Assembly (NCBI GenBank): GCA_000002445.1
Contig: CP000067.1
Coordinates: 640,001 to 704,000, forward strand
DNA: 64,000 nucleotides
Source: Trypanosoma brucei
Taxonomy: Eukaryota
Direction: 5' to 3'
A model generated the notes under the pieces. That model was not told the DNA's origin. It was given only the letters and a program-made list of their open reading frames with translations, and did not search any database. Positions 10,626 through 21,908 of the stretch are shown piece after piece; the first letter of the stretch is position 1, and every line of letters starts with the position of its first letter. A program made the position numbers and the translations under genes.

Positions 10626-12173
10626 GTGATCATCTCAAAAATAGGATACGGTAACACCCATTACCCTCTGATGCAACGAGTTCTCCCCTTCGCTCTACAC
10701 TGCTATTTTAACCTAGGTTCTGCAATGCGCGATTGGCATGCGCTAGCGCCAAGCGCAGCGATCCATCTGCCCATGACGTTGTGCGGTGGACAGTGCTTTC
10801 GCTGGCGCCGGACACCGCGTGGGACATGGGTGGGGGTCGTTCGGCATACCGCCTATGAACTGTGCGATCCACTTAAAATGAGCATTGCGAAGCCCGAGCA
10901 GAAGAAGGCGAGAAAGACTGCTTCATTCCTTTCTCCTTTGTCCCTTGCGGCGACTGCTGCTCCACCTTTTATATCTTCTGCCGATGTTTCGGCGACTGGG
11001 CAGCCTTCCGCTGATCTCCTTTGGTTCCGCTGTCTCAACTGTGACCTACGCAGCGAATCGGATGCTCGTGAGCAGACGCTCTTTCTTCGCCACTACTTAG
11101 CACTTGATGTTGATTTGCAAAAGATGTGGCTGCGGTGGACAGCAGACAACCCGATGAAGTCTCATCCTCTGGTGAAGTGTCTTACCCCGTGCGGCTCAAC
11201 TGATCTCCCCGTGAGTATTCGCCATCTGCGACAGGATTTGCATGAGACCCTTCTTGGGTTCTTATGCTCACAGAATAACAACGTTCCACGCATCACGAGT
11301 CTGATGGAACGCCTCTCCATCTCCTATGGTGATTATTTGTGCGATTATAATGTAGTGACAGGTGATGTGCGCCACGCGGCTCACTGTGGAAACGTAAAGG
11401 GGAACCCTTCGGAGCAAAACGATGGTGGAGGCTGGATAGCTTTGCATGCTCTTCCTTCCATGGACCAGTTGGCGGCAGCCACGGAGGAGAGCCTGCGCGC
11501 TCTGGGTTTTGGCTATCGCAGCAGATACTTAACCGAATGTGCGGCAATCATCAGTAAGAGCGGTGCTACCAGGGTTCAAAAGGAAGTTAAAGATAAGAAA
11601 ATGAAGAAAAAGGAGGTGGGCAAGCCAGCTGGCCCACTCGCCGCCGTGCAACCGTACAAATGGTATGAGGAACTTGCCAGCAACCGACTTACCCTTCAAG
11701 AGCGAAGGGAAAAACTTTTAGCCTTGCCGGGTGTTGGGCGAAAGGTTGCGGACTGTATTTTATTATTTGCCCTAGGTCACCACGAACTTGTTCCTGTGGA
11801 CACACATATGGCGCAAGTTGCGGCTGAGTATCTAGCCTGTCCACCAGCGGTTGTGGTAGCTGCGAAAAAGCAACGTGAAAGCGAAGCCTCGGAGAGGCTC
11901 AAACGGAGACGAGGAAGTAACCATGAAGAACTTGCAAATGCTGTGGATAGCGGGGACTCGGTACTGTCATCTCTGTCATGGGAAAATACCCTAGTGGAAT
12001 GGTATAGGAATGGCAGAGGCAAAAAAGCGAAGTTTCCTGCTTTACTGCTGAAACACCATGACGCAATACAGTACGGGTTTAAGCTACTCTTCGGTGATTA
12101 TTGTGGTTGGGCGCACAGCATATTATTTTACGCCCGCATGAGATCATCTGGGAACAAGGAAGCAACAGCATGA
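10626..12173 (+). CDS. OGG1: 8-oxoguanine DNA glycosylase (OGG1, HhH-GPD superfamily). The true start may be the internal ATG at 10725 or 10671.
   Basis: The N-terminal block LCGGQCFRWRRTPRGTWVGVV resembles OGG1 'SGQSFRW...W.GV'. The HhH-GPD motif ALPGVGRKVADCILLFALGHHELVPVDTHM retains the catalytic Lys (GVGRK) and Asp (VPVDTH). There is a Lys-rich insertion, KEVKDKKMKKKEV. Confidence 0.8.
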   Translation: MIISKIGYGNTHYPLMQRVLPFALHCYFNLGSAMRDWHALAPSAAIHLPMTLCGGQCFRWRRTPRGTWVGVVRHTAYELCDPLKMSIAKPEQKKARKTASFLSPLSLAATAAPPFISSADVSATGQPSADLLWFRCLNCDLRSESDAREQTLFLRHYLALDVDLQKMWLRWTADNPMKSHPLVKCLTPCGSTDLPVSIRHLRQDLHETLLGFLCSQNNNVPRITSLMERLSISYGDYLCDYNVVTGDVRHAAHCGNVKGNPSEQNDGGGWIALHALPSMDQLAAATEESLRALGFGYRSRYLTECAAIISKSGATRVQKEVKDKKMKKKEVGKPAGPLAAVQPYKWYEELASNRLTLQERREKLLALPGVGRKVADCILLFALGHHELVPVDTHMAQVAAEYLACPPAVVVAAKKQRESEASERLKRRRGSNHEELANAVDSGDSVLSSLSWENTLVEWYRNGRGKKAKFPALLLKHHDAIQYGFKLLFGDYCGWAHSILFYARMRSSGNKEATA

Positions 12174-12952
12174 CCGTCTCCAGTGTGGAACCACGGCTTT
12201 TTTTTTCACTTATGTCCTACAAACTACTTGCGGCACTGCAGATTAGTCACATCGGGCCGTGCTGGACCGTTGCTAGCCGCACTCCACATTTAATGCAGGA
12301 AACTCATGTGTATGAGAGACACTGGTATTTGCTGTTTTCGCCGTTATAACTCCACTACGGCTGAGGACCTCACTCCAATGGGACAAGGTATTCGGTTTCA
12401 TCACATTCTACAAGGGCTTTGTATGGCGGAAGGGTGGTTTTTACATACGCAGTGTTACCTGTTCGTGTTGTAGCTTTTGCCACGCTACTTCGTTGAAACT
12501 TCCTGATGCTTTCAGCACTACGCGTTAGGGGAACAATTTCTGCCCATTTTGTGTACATTCTACCGGGAATCATGCGGAAGCCATCAGCCTAATTGGGTGC
12601 GGCATCGCAATGCAAACGGTTTGCAACATTTGTGTTACCTGGCATGCAAGCACCCACTCAGTGACGGCAACACATGAGGAAGTGTTATCGGGCGACGTCA
12701 AAGACGTGAGTTTTCTATTTGTTATTATGTGCGATAAGGCAACGTTTTGTGTTTTTGATGGCTTGTTTCTTTTTTTCTTCAGTTTATCCCCAACTCTACC
12801 TTCCTTTTTTTTTTTTGCGCTAAATAGCGCGCTCCCACTGGCTTTTCAAGAAGAAAACTTGGCACGCAAAAGGAGAACGAGATCTCGTACCACACGACGC
12901 ACGCACACGGGCTATATTTATACGGGTAAGGTGACAGCTGGAAGGGGGGACT

Positions 12953-14305
12953 ATGAGCAACAATGTGGAGTTGTTGCGGTTCGTGGCACTTTCTGCCGCT
13001 GTGCATGCCGATGCGGTTCAGTGTCTAGCCGACGATACCCGCCGCGTTTTATCTCAAATGGCAGTGGACAGTGACCAGCTAGAGGCGCTGGAGGCTCAAC
13101 TTACCGACCTCCTGCAGAAGCAGCGCCGTCTCCATACATTGCGAGATGCGGTAACTAAAGCAAGGCAGGAACGAAGTGAGGAAAGTGGTAGCGGATGCAA
13201 AAGCAGCGGCAGCCGCGCTCCCAAGTCCACTGCGCCGGTTATTCCCCCCACCTCCGCGGGCAATGTCGACCGCAACATAAAATGCATCCTACAATTTGCG
13301 TCTAGGGCCGTGGAAAAAGATGAGATACAGCCGATTGGCACCCGTCGCAGCAAGAGAGTAACAGTTACTCCCACTTCTTTCCTTCCGAAAATTCCACATG
13401 AGGAACGGACGGAAACCACTTGTGATAGCACCGATGGGGGAAGGGAAGAAAAAGAGGACACTGAGTGCACGATAGACGAAGAAGTGGAGCGCCTGAAGAT
13501 GGAGATTAGGCACGCAGAAGCCATGTCAGTAGGAAAGAAGCTGCGTGACCTGGAGGCACTGAAGCAGCAGGTGAAAGAAGTTGATGCTAACTCCCTTGTC
13601 CAGCGGTACGTAGGGTCGTTTAGTTTCCCCATGGAGGTGGAAGAGTTGTGGCGTGGTAATAATGTACTGAATTGTACAAACATCGACACTTTTGTTTCCG
13701 GTGCCTGCAAGCGGTTTGCAGGGCGTTACGATGATGCTCTGCGTGCGATTAGTGATTTCCCACTGTCGGAGGCAAGCGATGCGGCGCGTGTGTATGGCTC
13801 AACGTTGTACGCCGAAGAGCTCACTTCGTCGAGCAATTACGACGCTGTTGGTGTTCAAGTGCTCGAACGGAGTGGCGAGTCGACGCTCCCACAGTTCTAC
13901 AGAAGGAAACGGCGCTTGGCACGAGTGAGCGCTCCTTTTAGACGCAGGGCTGTGGGTACGGTGCTCGGACCCGAGGAGTTCACTTTTCTTCCGACTGATT
14001 GGCCAGCAACTCAACTGATTTTACCACCAGCTGAGGGACATCTGCCCCCTGCAAAGCATATCATGACGCCCCGCTTCTCGTTTGCCAGTACGGATGAATT
14101 GAAAGCACTCCAGAGCCTTCGTGTAGACATTCAGCGAAGCGCTGTGGCTGCCTTTATGGACGCGTCCAAAGCACTTGATGAACTAATGAATCCTACCACA
14201 TTACAACGTGATGGAATCGACTATAAGGCAACGCTCATTCGGCTACTAGAAGCGGAGCGGAAGGGAAGCAGTAGGGTGTGGACCACACTTGCGCGTGAAG
14301 GTTGA
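12953..14305 (+). CDS. Hypothetical protein of 450 aa with a predicted coiled-coil segment.
   Basis: Long + strand ORF. It has heptad-like charged stretches (LEALEAQLTDLLQKQRRLHTLRDAVTKARQER; VERLKMEIRHAEAMSVGKKLRDLEALKQQVKEV). I saw no enzymatic motif. Confidence 0.5.
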   Translation: MSNNVELLRFVALSAAVHADAVQCLADDTRRVLSQMAVDSDQLEALEAQLTDLLQKQRRLHTLRDAVTKARQERSEESGSGCKSSGSRAPKSTAPVIPPTSAGNVDRNIKCILQFASRAVEKDEIQPIGTRRSKRVTVTPTSFLPKIPHEERTETTCDSTDGGREEKEDTECTIDEEVERLKMEIRHAEAMSVGKKLRDLEALKQQVKEVDANSLVQRYVGSFSFPMEVEELWRGNNVLNCTNIDTFVSGACKRFAGRYDDALRAISDFPLSEASDAARVYGSTLYAEELTSSSNYDAVGVQVLERSGESTLPQFYRRKRRLARVSAPFRRRAVGTVLGPEEFTFLPTDWPATQLILPPAEGHLPPAKHIMTPRFSFASTDELKALQSLRVDIQRSAVAAFMDASKALDELMNPTTLQRDGIDYKATLIRLLEAERKGSSRVWTTLAREG

Positions 14306-15743
14306 AGTGGTCGAGTTTGATAAAGTGATGGATTTTGCCTCACATATGACGATTCGCTTCGCCTGCAGCCCGTATGGTCATACGGTTTAATCTGATACCC
14401 GTGAATTGAACGCACAAGAGGGCAGAGTGTCAAAAGCTGAACGTCGCCCGTATGCTCTCGGGCGCGTCACTCCTTATCACTATTTGATATTGACCGCTCA
14501 TATGCGTCCCCATAGATATGAAAAGTCACATACTAGACGGCAGTATAAAACATCCTTTTGCATCCATATATTCGAATACGCTCATACACATACACATTGT
14601 TTGGTCGCGGTGTTACTACAGTTGTGGTAGTTGCGGCCTTCTCTAATTCTCTCTTACTTTCTGGAGCGATATGTATGCATGCATGTGGTAAAAGACCCTT
14701 TATCGTGTACACTAGGTACGAAACATGTCTCTTCCTCATTTTTTTTTCTTATTTTTCCTTCACGTTTGTTAAGCCTTAGTGTGATACGCAATCTGTTTCT
14801 AGGAGCCTTTTCCTTTTCATCTTTCCTTTTCACGTTCACGACCCTGCGGTTACACCGACTGACCTCTTTACAGTAACGAGGTAGTCAGGGGAGAAGAGGA
14901 ATTACTTAGGGAACGGGGAAAGGTAAGACGTGAAAGAATAGGAAGAAACAACATACAACACAATAATCAAGAGATAAATAAAAGCCGGAGTTAGCACTGC
15001 AAGGATTTTTCTTTTTGGTTCACTGGCGCCGTTATTTAATATATATATATATATATATATATTGATTGCAACTTGCGCCACAGGACGGGAGATTGTGTGC
15101 CATCGTTAGTTCGGTGTGATTTTGTATTCCTAATTCTCGTTGCCCGTTGTTGCTGTATACGGTTGTTTGTGCGTTGCGATAGCTACAGTGAACGTTCTAC
15201 TACGCGCAGGCTGAAAAACGGTTGAAGTACAAAGTTCCCCTTGGTGTTTTCACTGCTCTTGGTCCCTATAGTGAGGGGTCTTTAGCATATTTGTACATCA
15301 CTCTGTAGACTACTACTCTTGTACTCGCTGATCCTTCCGGTTCTGCTAGACTGACTTTGTTTCTTTTCCTTTCTCCGCCAGGTTTACTACTTCTCTTTTG
15401 TATCGTGTCAGAGAGGGGACATTTCCTTCATTTTTTTTTTGTCCCCTTTCTATCACCCTAGTTGCTTCCGTCGCTTGGCTCTCTTTCCGCGTTATCATTT
15501 TTCTTTTTCTATTTTTGCCCTGTGTGGCCCGTGTTTTTGTTGAAACTGAGGGTACAACCCCAAAGGAAGAAAAAAAAAACAGCGTTACCCACAGTAGTCA
15601 CTTGAATCAACCGCTCGCTACGTTGTTTGTGTTTTTTGTGTTGTCAGTCATTCTTTTGCCCATAAATTGTTTGTCAGTCAGTGGGCTCCTCAACGTAGAG
15701 GTCTTCCTAGCGCATTAGTTTGTTTGGTTCTAATCGAGCGGTT

Positions 15744-15830
15744 GCTTTTTTTTTTTACTTTTTATCTTCGTTTGTTCATTCCGGCGAGCTTGGCTGTTCA
15801 TTGGGTTTGCTATTTACTTTTGTGAAGTCT
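15744..15830 (+). promoter_or_regulatory. Polypyrimidine tract and downstream AG. This is the candidate splice-acceptor region for the eIF2-alpha kinase gene.
   Basis: ttgctttttttttttactttttatcttcgtttgttcatt ... gtgaag. It lies 50-130 bp upstream of the ATG at 15877. Confidence 0.4.
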
Positions 15831-15876
15831 TACCCGTGATCTCTTGTTCGCGTGTGTTTGTGTGTGTGTCTGTTAA

Positions 15877-18800
15877 ATGCCGGATGCCTATGTTTTTGCT
15901 GCGTCATTGCTTTGTTGCCTGTGGGCCCTTACGGGTTCAGGAGTGCGGGGAGGTGACACAGAAGCCACTATCCGGAGCCAACCATCAGGGGCTGAAAACA
16001 ACATCTTGCCACTTGCAGTCACTCCACCGAGTGGTCTGCTCCTTCTTCTACAAATGGACGGTAACATCACAGCACGATGGTTGGATTCGGGATCCCACAT
16101 GTGGACTGTGAATACTGGTGGAAACATAATATCGGTAGACGTGTTGCGGCACGCGACAAGGGAGGTGATCCGGCGTGATCCGTTTGCGCTTCCGTTTATA
16201 ATTGAGGGAGGGATGCTTTTCACGCGACGGCGCTACCCAGCTAGTGATGCCGGGAAGCAATTAACCACTAGATATACTAAAGATGGTACCTTTGATGATG
16301 GCGACGACTATGAAGACGATTATATAGATGACGCGCCGCTCACTCCATCGCACCCGCAGTTTTTCATGAATCTCTCTACGCTTATTCGCCGTCGGCACGT
16401 GAATGTAGAAAATACAGAAATCTATGTCACAACGTCCGTACAGCTCATGGACTACGATAGCCACACTGGGATTCCGATTATGAGACCAACGCCACTAACT
16501 TCCTTTTTACACGTGGTACTTTGCAACGTCACCATTCATGTGGTGCGGCGCGGCATGTATAAGTGGAAGATGAGTATAGCACAATACAAACTTTCGGAGA
16601 GTTTTCCACCGCAAGGCCCGGAAAGTGATGAAGGAGGTGAAAAAGATCAGAACTTTATTGCGAACGTTGTAGAGGAGCAGAGTCAAAACAGTGTCCGCCA
16701 AGCCATACTTGCGATGCAGGCTCGTTTGAGAGATGCAGCGATGCCTTTTGACTTTAAACGCAAGACGTTTAACGTCGATGACCTTGTGATGCGTGAAGTA
16801 GGAAACCAACGGTATACGCTGTGGAATACGCTAACTAACGTTGCCGAGTGGCCTGCGGCAGTTGGAACGACAAGTAGCATTGTGAATGCCTTCTTCTGGC
16901 ATCCCGGTCGCGGTGGTGTTTATCCTATCCCCCTTTACCGCTTCCACAGGCCACCAACAGCTGATGCCTTCACGCACGCAGGTAGATTACAAAGGAACGG
17001 ATTCCCTCTTCTCAGTGATCGGCCGTGGACGCACCGTACCGTGCGTTTAAAACCGTACGTGGCAACGTGGGAAGACGATATAGACGCAGACGAGCGTGAA
17101 ACGGAGGAACTCCAGCGTTCTTTTCAACAGTGCTCGTGGCTTCAGGAGTGTTCGGCCAACTCTCGCCAAATGGTGGCCTATTCTTTCAGGGAGGGTATGG
17201 TGGGGAACGAGTCTATTCCAATACTGTCCCTTTCGTACATACTGTTGAACACTATGACGCGACGGACGATGTTCTTTGCATTCCAAACGGTCTGTATTCT
17301 CGTCTCCGCAACCCTCGTTGGCTTTGGTATGTTGCTGCGGCCACGTTTAAGGAATGCGTGGGCGCAGTATGACTCACTTATGGATAACATGCGTCAGACT
17401 TCCAAAACCACGCCGACTGGTTTTGCAGCCGCCGATCGTTCCGGTCGTTTCGATACTCCTGCTGGTGGGAGCCCCGCAGCCGTGTTCGTTGAGTCGTCAC
17501 CATTTTCGCTAACAATGACAGCGGCGCCACTTGATGATGGGGTTGAACAAATCGTACGAATGGGGAAACCACAAGTGACTGACAGCGTGAATGAAACTTC
17601 TGCAGGTCTCGGTGACACGTGGTGGAAAAATCCAAACGACTACGATGATGATGATGAGTACGTTGCCGGTGAATCCTCACTGAGCGTAAGGGGAAGCGTG
17701 TCCGCCACGCAACCTGTCACCACACCCATGCCACAACTCTTTCAGCAGCATTTTGATGTTTTGAAAAAGATCGGCCGAGGCGGTGAAGGGAATGTCTTTT
17801 GTGTAAAGCACCAGGTTACGGGAGCTATGTACGCCATCAAAGCCGTTCGTATTCGTGAGGAAGACAAGCAAAGGTGTGTTCGCGAGGCCATTCTTCACAG
17901 CTCTCTTGACAATCCGAACGTTGTGCGGTACTTTTACTCATGGATTGAGAACATTGCTCGAAGCATCGCTGAAGCCCACGGTATCGTCAATAATGACAAT
18001 GTGGAGGGTTCGGTGTCGTTCTGTGGAGACGAAAGCTACGGCACCATAAACGACACGGTGTCATCGGCAACGGGCGCCCCTCTTAATGTGCTGTTCATAC
18101 AAATGGAGTACTTTAAGAGTGGCACATTGGCAGATCACTTCCGCAACCGTAATGCCTTCAGCCGACTAGAAAATGTGGAGCATCTCCTCCAGATAGTCAG
18201 AGGTCTACGGTACATTCACCAGCAGGATGTAATACACCGTGACCTGAAGCCAACGAATATATTTGTCTCTGACGCTGGCATAATGAAGATTGGTGATTTT
18301 GGACTGGCAAAGCGTTGGCAGACGCCATTGGGATGGAAGAGGGCCAGCGTGGAAGAGTTTGGTTCTGCCACAGCGCTCTTCGATGATGAACGTTCCTTCG
18401 CCGGTGGGACACCGCTTTACTGGAGTCCCGAGCAGCAGTGTGGGGGGAGTGCGACGGCAGCCAGTGATGTTTTTTCCCTTGGATTGATCGCTGTGGAATT
18501 TTATTGCGAGTTTACGACACAGCATGAACGACTGCGGACACTCGGTGATGCACGTCATGGTGAACTTCCCTCTGCGTTGGAGGACGACTTCCCTGAGGAA
18601 GCTGAGGTTTTCCGGCAAATGCTGGGAGAACAACCAGACGGCCGGCCATCGGTGGATGAAGTGGTCCAGAAGCTGAAGCATATTGTGGTGGAAATTCGCA
18701 GCGGTGGCAACGGTTCGGCAAAGTTGGGTGACAATGGAGCTACGGATGATGTTGGTGACGTGGAGTTGGCGATGCCTACAAGTTCTTCAGCGGATATGTT

Positions 18801-18903
18801 GAGCGTTAATAAAACCCCGGCCGACTCCATGAATATTGTTCCCTTGGGGAATGTCAGTTCAGTGGAGTCGTCTACGGCTGGGCGTTTGCCGTCAGCCAAC
18901 TGA
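15877..18903 (+). CDS. eIF2K2: Membrane-anchored eIF2-alpha kinase (PEK/GCN2 family) with an N-terminal signal peptide, a roughly 470 aa ectodomain, one transmembrane helix and a cytoplasmic kinase domain carrying a large insert. It resembles T. brucei eIF2K2.
   Basis: Signal-peptide-like N-terminus MPDAYVFAASLLCCLWALTGSG. Transmembrane helix MFFAFQTVCILVSATLVGFGMLL. Kinase motifs: GGEGNVFCV...YAIKAV (Gly-loop and VAIK), HRDLKPTNIF, KIGDFGLAK, GTPLYWSPEQ. There is a long insert between subdomains IV and VI, which is typical of eIF2-alpha kinases. Confidence 0.85.
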   Translation: MPDAYVFAASLLCCLWALTGSGVRGGDTEATIRSQPSGAENNILPLAVTPPSGLLLLLQMDGNITARWLDSGSHMWTVNTGGNIISVDVLRHATREVIRRDPFALPFIIEGGMLFTRRRYPASDAGKQLTTRYTKDGTFDDGDDYEDDYIDDAPLTPSHPQFFMNLSTLIRRRHVNVENTEIYVTTSVQLMDYDSHTGIPIMRPTPLTSFLHVVLCNVTIHVVRRGMYKWKMSIAQYKLSESFPPQGPESDEGGEKDQNFIANVVEEQSQNSVRQAILAMQARLRDAAMPFDFKRKTFNVDDLVMREVGNQRYTLWNTLTNVAEWPAAVGTTSSIVNAFFWHPGRGGVYPIPLYRFHRPPTADAFTHAGRLQRNGFPLLSDRPWTHRTVRLKPYVATWEDDIDADERETEELQRSFQQCSWLQECSANSRQMVAYSFREGMVGNESIPILSLSYILLNTMTRRTMFFAFQTVCILVSATLVGFGMLLRPRLRNAWAQYDSLMDNMRQTSKTTPTGFAAADRSGRFDTPAGGSPAAVFVESSPFSLTMTAAPLDDGVEQIVRMGKPQVTDSVNETSAGLGDTWWKNPNDYDDDDEYVAGESSLSVRGSVSATQPVTTPMPQLFQQHFDVLKKIGRGGEGNVFCVKHQVTGAMYAIKAVRIREEDKQRCVREAILHSSLDNPNVVRYFYSWIENIARSIAEAHGIVNNDNVEGSVSFCGDESYGTINDTVSSATGAPLNVLFIQMEYFKSGTLADHFRNRNAFSRLENVEHLLQIVRGLRYIHQQDVIHRDLKPTNIFVSDAGIMKIGDFGLAKRWQTPLGWKRASVEEFGSATALFDDERSFAGGTPLYWSPEQQCGGSATAASDVFSLGLIAVEFYCEFTTQHERLRTLGDARHGELPSALEDDFPEEAEVFRQMLGEQPDGRPSVDEVVQKLKHIVVEIRSGGNGSAKLGDNGATDDVGDVELAMPTSSSADMLSVNKTPADSMNIVPLGNVSSVESSTAGRLPSAN

Positions 18904-19286
18904 GCGCCGCGGTGCGGAGAGATTAAAAAAAAATTGGGGTCGAGCTACAATTATAACTTTTTCTTTCGCTTTTCTTTTTTTTTCTTTCCTATTACATTCA
19001 GCTGCGCTTTTTTAAAACACCACCCCTCAGATTTTCTTGTGATTTCGGCCCAATGGATGTGTTATGGATGTAAGGACAGCAGTGAGCTCATTATCGAGTT
19101 TGGTAGTCGACTTCCAATACTTTGTTCACTTCTGTTGACTGATGAGCCTCGATTTTCATTTTTTTTTCCCTCTACATCTTACTTCATTTACCTCTTGTTT
19201 CGCCTCACATCACTGTTTTCCCTCCCCCAGAAGCGCCTCTATTATTAATGTTATTATTGTTTTTATCACTATTGTTATTGTTACTA

Positions 19287-19367
19287 ATTATTATTATTAT
19301 TATTATTATTTTGATGCGCACAACTCAACACACCATTCATTTAACATATATATATATATATATATAT
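19287..19367. repeat. (ATT)8 followed about 35 bp later by (AT)11.
   Basis: Direct read: attattattattattattattatt ... atatatatatatatatatatat. Confidence 0.9.
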
Positions 19368-20433
19368 CATTTCGCATCCGCATGCTTTTCTTCTTCTCGC
19401 TTTGGACAGTATCATTTAGTGTGAGGGAACTTTAAAGGGACATGTGCGTGTGTGTGTTTGTGTGCAAGTGGTGAGGAGGGAATGCAATGAGGAGAGGATA
19501 TGAAGGTCATGGGAAAATTTTTTGTGTGTGGAGCTCTGTTTGGGTGTTGTCTCAACTCGATTGATTTTATGAATTGATGGGCGTGTTTTCCTTTTTTTTT
19601 CTTTCTGTGGGTGGAAGCGGTGCATAGGTAGGTGGGAAGAGTGAAATGACTGAGATTGGTGCTGACGTTGTGTGTTTTATGCTTTTGTTTATGATTGTGC
19701 TTGTTGCGTTTTAATGACCTTAAAGGGTGGAGAGATGAGAGGAAGCAAAGAAAGGAATGAAAATTTAAGGTGATGGGGGGATAGGTGTTACGGTGATAAT
19801 TTTTTTTTCTTTCTCTCTCTTATTTCGTTTTTTCTTGCCTAAATATATGTTATTTTTGTTTCTTGTTTTAATTTGCCGTTGTTACTCCATACTGATTACC
19901 TTAATGGATGTGTGTAGCGCAGGGTATGTCGTGTCTGCGTGCGCATGTGTGTGATTATGTGTATCATTACGTGCGTAATATCCCTGAACGCGTTGAAGTG
20001 TACAAATATATATATATATATATATACGTATATTTACTTTACACATCTATATCTAACTATACACGTGTCTTCTCAACCCCGCTAGCTGGTGTTTTATGCT
20101 TTTTTTTAAAAAAAGAAAAAAACAATTAAATGAAATGAAATGAAGTTAAATTATCTATTTATTGTCATGAGTCATAGTTTACCGTACGGTGGAGGAGTTG
20201 AGAATTCCGTTGGGGAGAAACGGAGTGAAGTGGAAGGTGGAGGTGGGATGTTTGACGCTGCACCTCACTGCTCCATTCCGTTTTTAGATGTATTTTCATT
20301 CCCCACTCGCTTCTTCATGTTGCCTCCCTCATTTTTTCACTTCCCACTTCTATCATCATTACCATTTCTGATTGCCGCCTAACAACTGGTCCCGTGTTGC
20401 TTTGATACGGTACGCAACGGGATGCGAGGCAAT

Positions 20434-20436
<3 letters not shown>

Positions 20437-20466
<30 letters not shown>
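20437..20466. repeat. (AT)15 microsatellite.
   Basis: Direct read. Confidence 0.95.
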
Positions 20467-20468
<2 letters not shown>

Positions 20469-21535
20469 ATGAATATTTAAATATAAATAAATATATTTGT
20501 GTATGTGCGCGTGGGATTAATGGGAAGTTGCCGTACGGTCAATTGAAGTGGGCTCATTGTTTTTAGTTACACCTTTTTGTTGTTGTTGTTGTGGGGTTTG
20601 TTTCTTTGTTACTTTTGCGCTGTTGTTGTTGATGTTTAAACAATACTTTTCCCCCTTTTCCCGTCTTACTTCCCTCCCTTTTCATATCCTACTTTTGCTG
20701 TGTGCGTCTCTATGAGTGCGTGTGTGTGCGTGTGTGAATGCATGTGCTCCTCTACTTCAGTGGAACCTGTGTTTTTCTTTCTTTTCTTGTGCTGTGGCTG
20801 AAGGAGAATTTTTGTTTGTTTCTTTTCGTTGTTGTTGTGATGTTCTGACCTTTGGGTTCCTTTACTCTCGTTGGTCTGCCTTCAGAAAAAAAAAAGGTGC
20901 TGTGGTGGTGTGTTTTGATTTCAGAGCATGCCTTCTTCCATTTTCTCTTCCTCCCCCTTTTTTTTTCGTAAGGTCTCGGAACGGTTAATTAGGTGGAAAA
21001 TAATGAGCTTGCTCTTAAGGGAAGAAAGAAAATGAAATTCCTAGTGATAGCCTGATTTGCATATGTTCATGCATCATTGAATGGGGAAATGAGTTGCCGG
21101 ATGGGCGGATGATGATTTCCACATGATTATGATGGTGGCGAATGAGAGAATAATTTAATAAAAAAAGGAAGGGAGGTGACAAGGGAAAGGGGAAAGGATA
21201 AGGAGAGCAAGGGGAAGAAAAGGGAAAGCTGCCCGGCGGACACGATATAACGTAAAGAAATAGCAAGGGAATGCACGTAATTTATGCGATGAAAGGGGGG
21301 GAAGAATAAATCCGCTGAGTGGCTACCGTTTTCGGATGTGCGCTGCGTCATGTGGTTTTGCCATTTCTGTCGTCTGGATAAATGTTGCAGTTGCTCCCGA
21401 TTCCTTTCGTTTATTGACAACGATTTCCACTTTATTTCCATGTTTGTCAAGGTTCGGTGGGTGGAGATATGTGATGGTGGTGCCCATACATCTCGTAACG
21501 GTATTTTCGCCTGTGCATTAGTTTGTGCGAGCTTC

Positions 21536-21611
21536 GCTTTCCCTCCCATTTCTTTACTTTTTTCCACTACTACAACTCACTTAATTTTTTTTTTACATCT
21601 TCCAAATTTAG
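21536..21611 (+). promoter_or_regulatory. Long polypyrimidine tract and AG. This is the candidate splice-acceptor region for the ABCC transporter gene, about 300 bp upstream of its ATG.
   Basis: ctttccctcccatttctttacttttttccactactacaactcacttaattttttttttacatcttccaaatttag. Confidence 0.4.
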
Positions 21612-21908
21612 ACTTAGTTGATCGGGAGGGCGCTCGCTCATCGGTGGTACTGTTGCACCTGTGCACCAACGAGAAAATACGGAATCTGCGACCACTGAGA
21701 CCCCATCGGACACGGGAGACACGATACCGTAGGGAAGTGAAGTGGTGGGAAGAGGGAAAGAAAGAGCGTGTATACGTTTTCCCAAATCACATTGCGTGCA
21801 TGGGCTTATCCCTTTCGTCAAATATACATGATCATCCACAGACGCATACATTTTTTCATACGTATACACAAACTCCAGTAAGAGGGGAGAAGGTGAAGTC
21901 GCAGAGAA

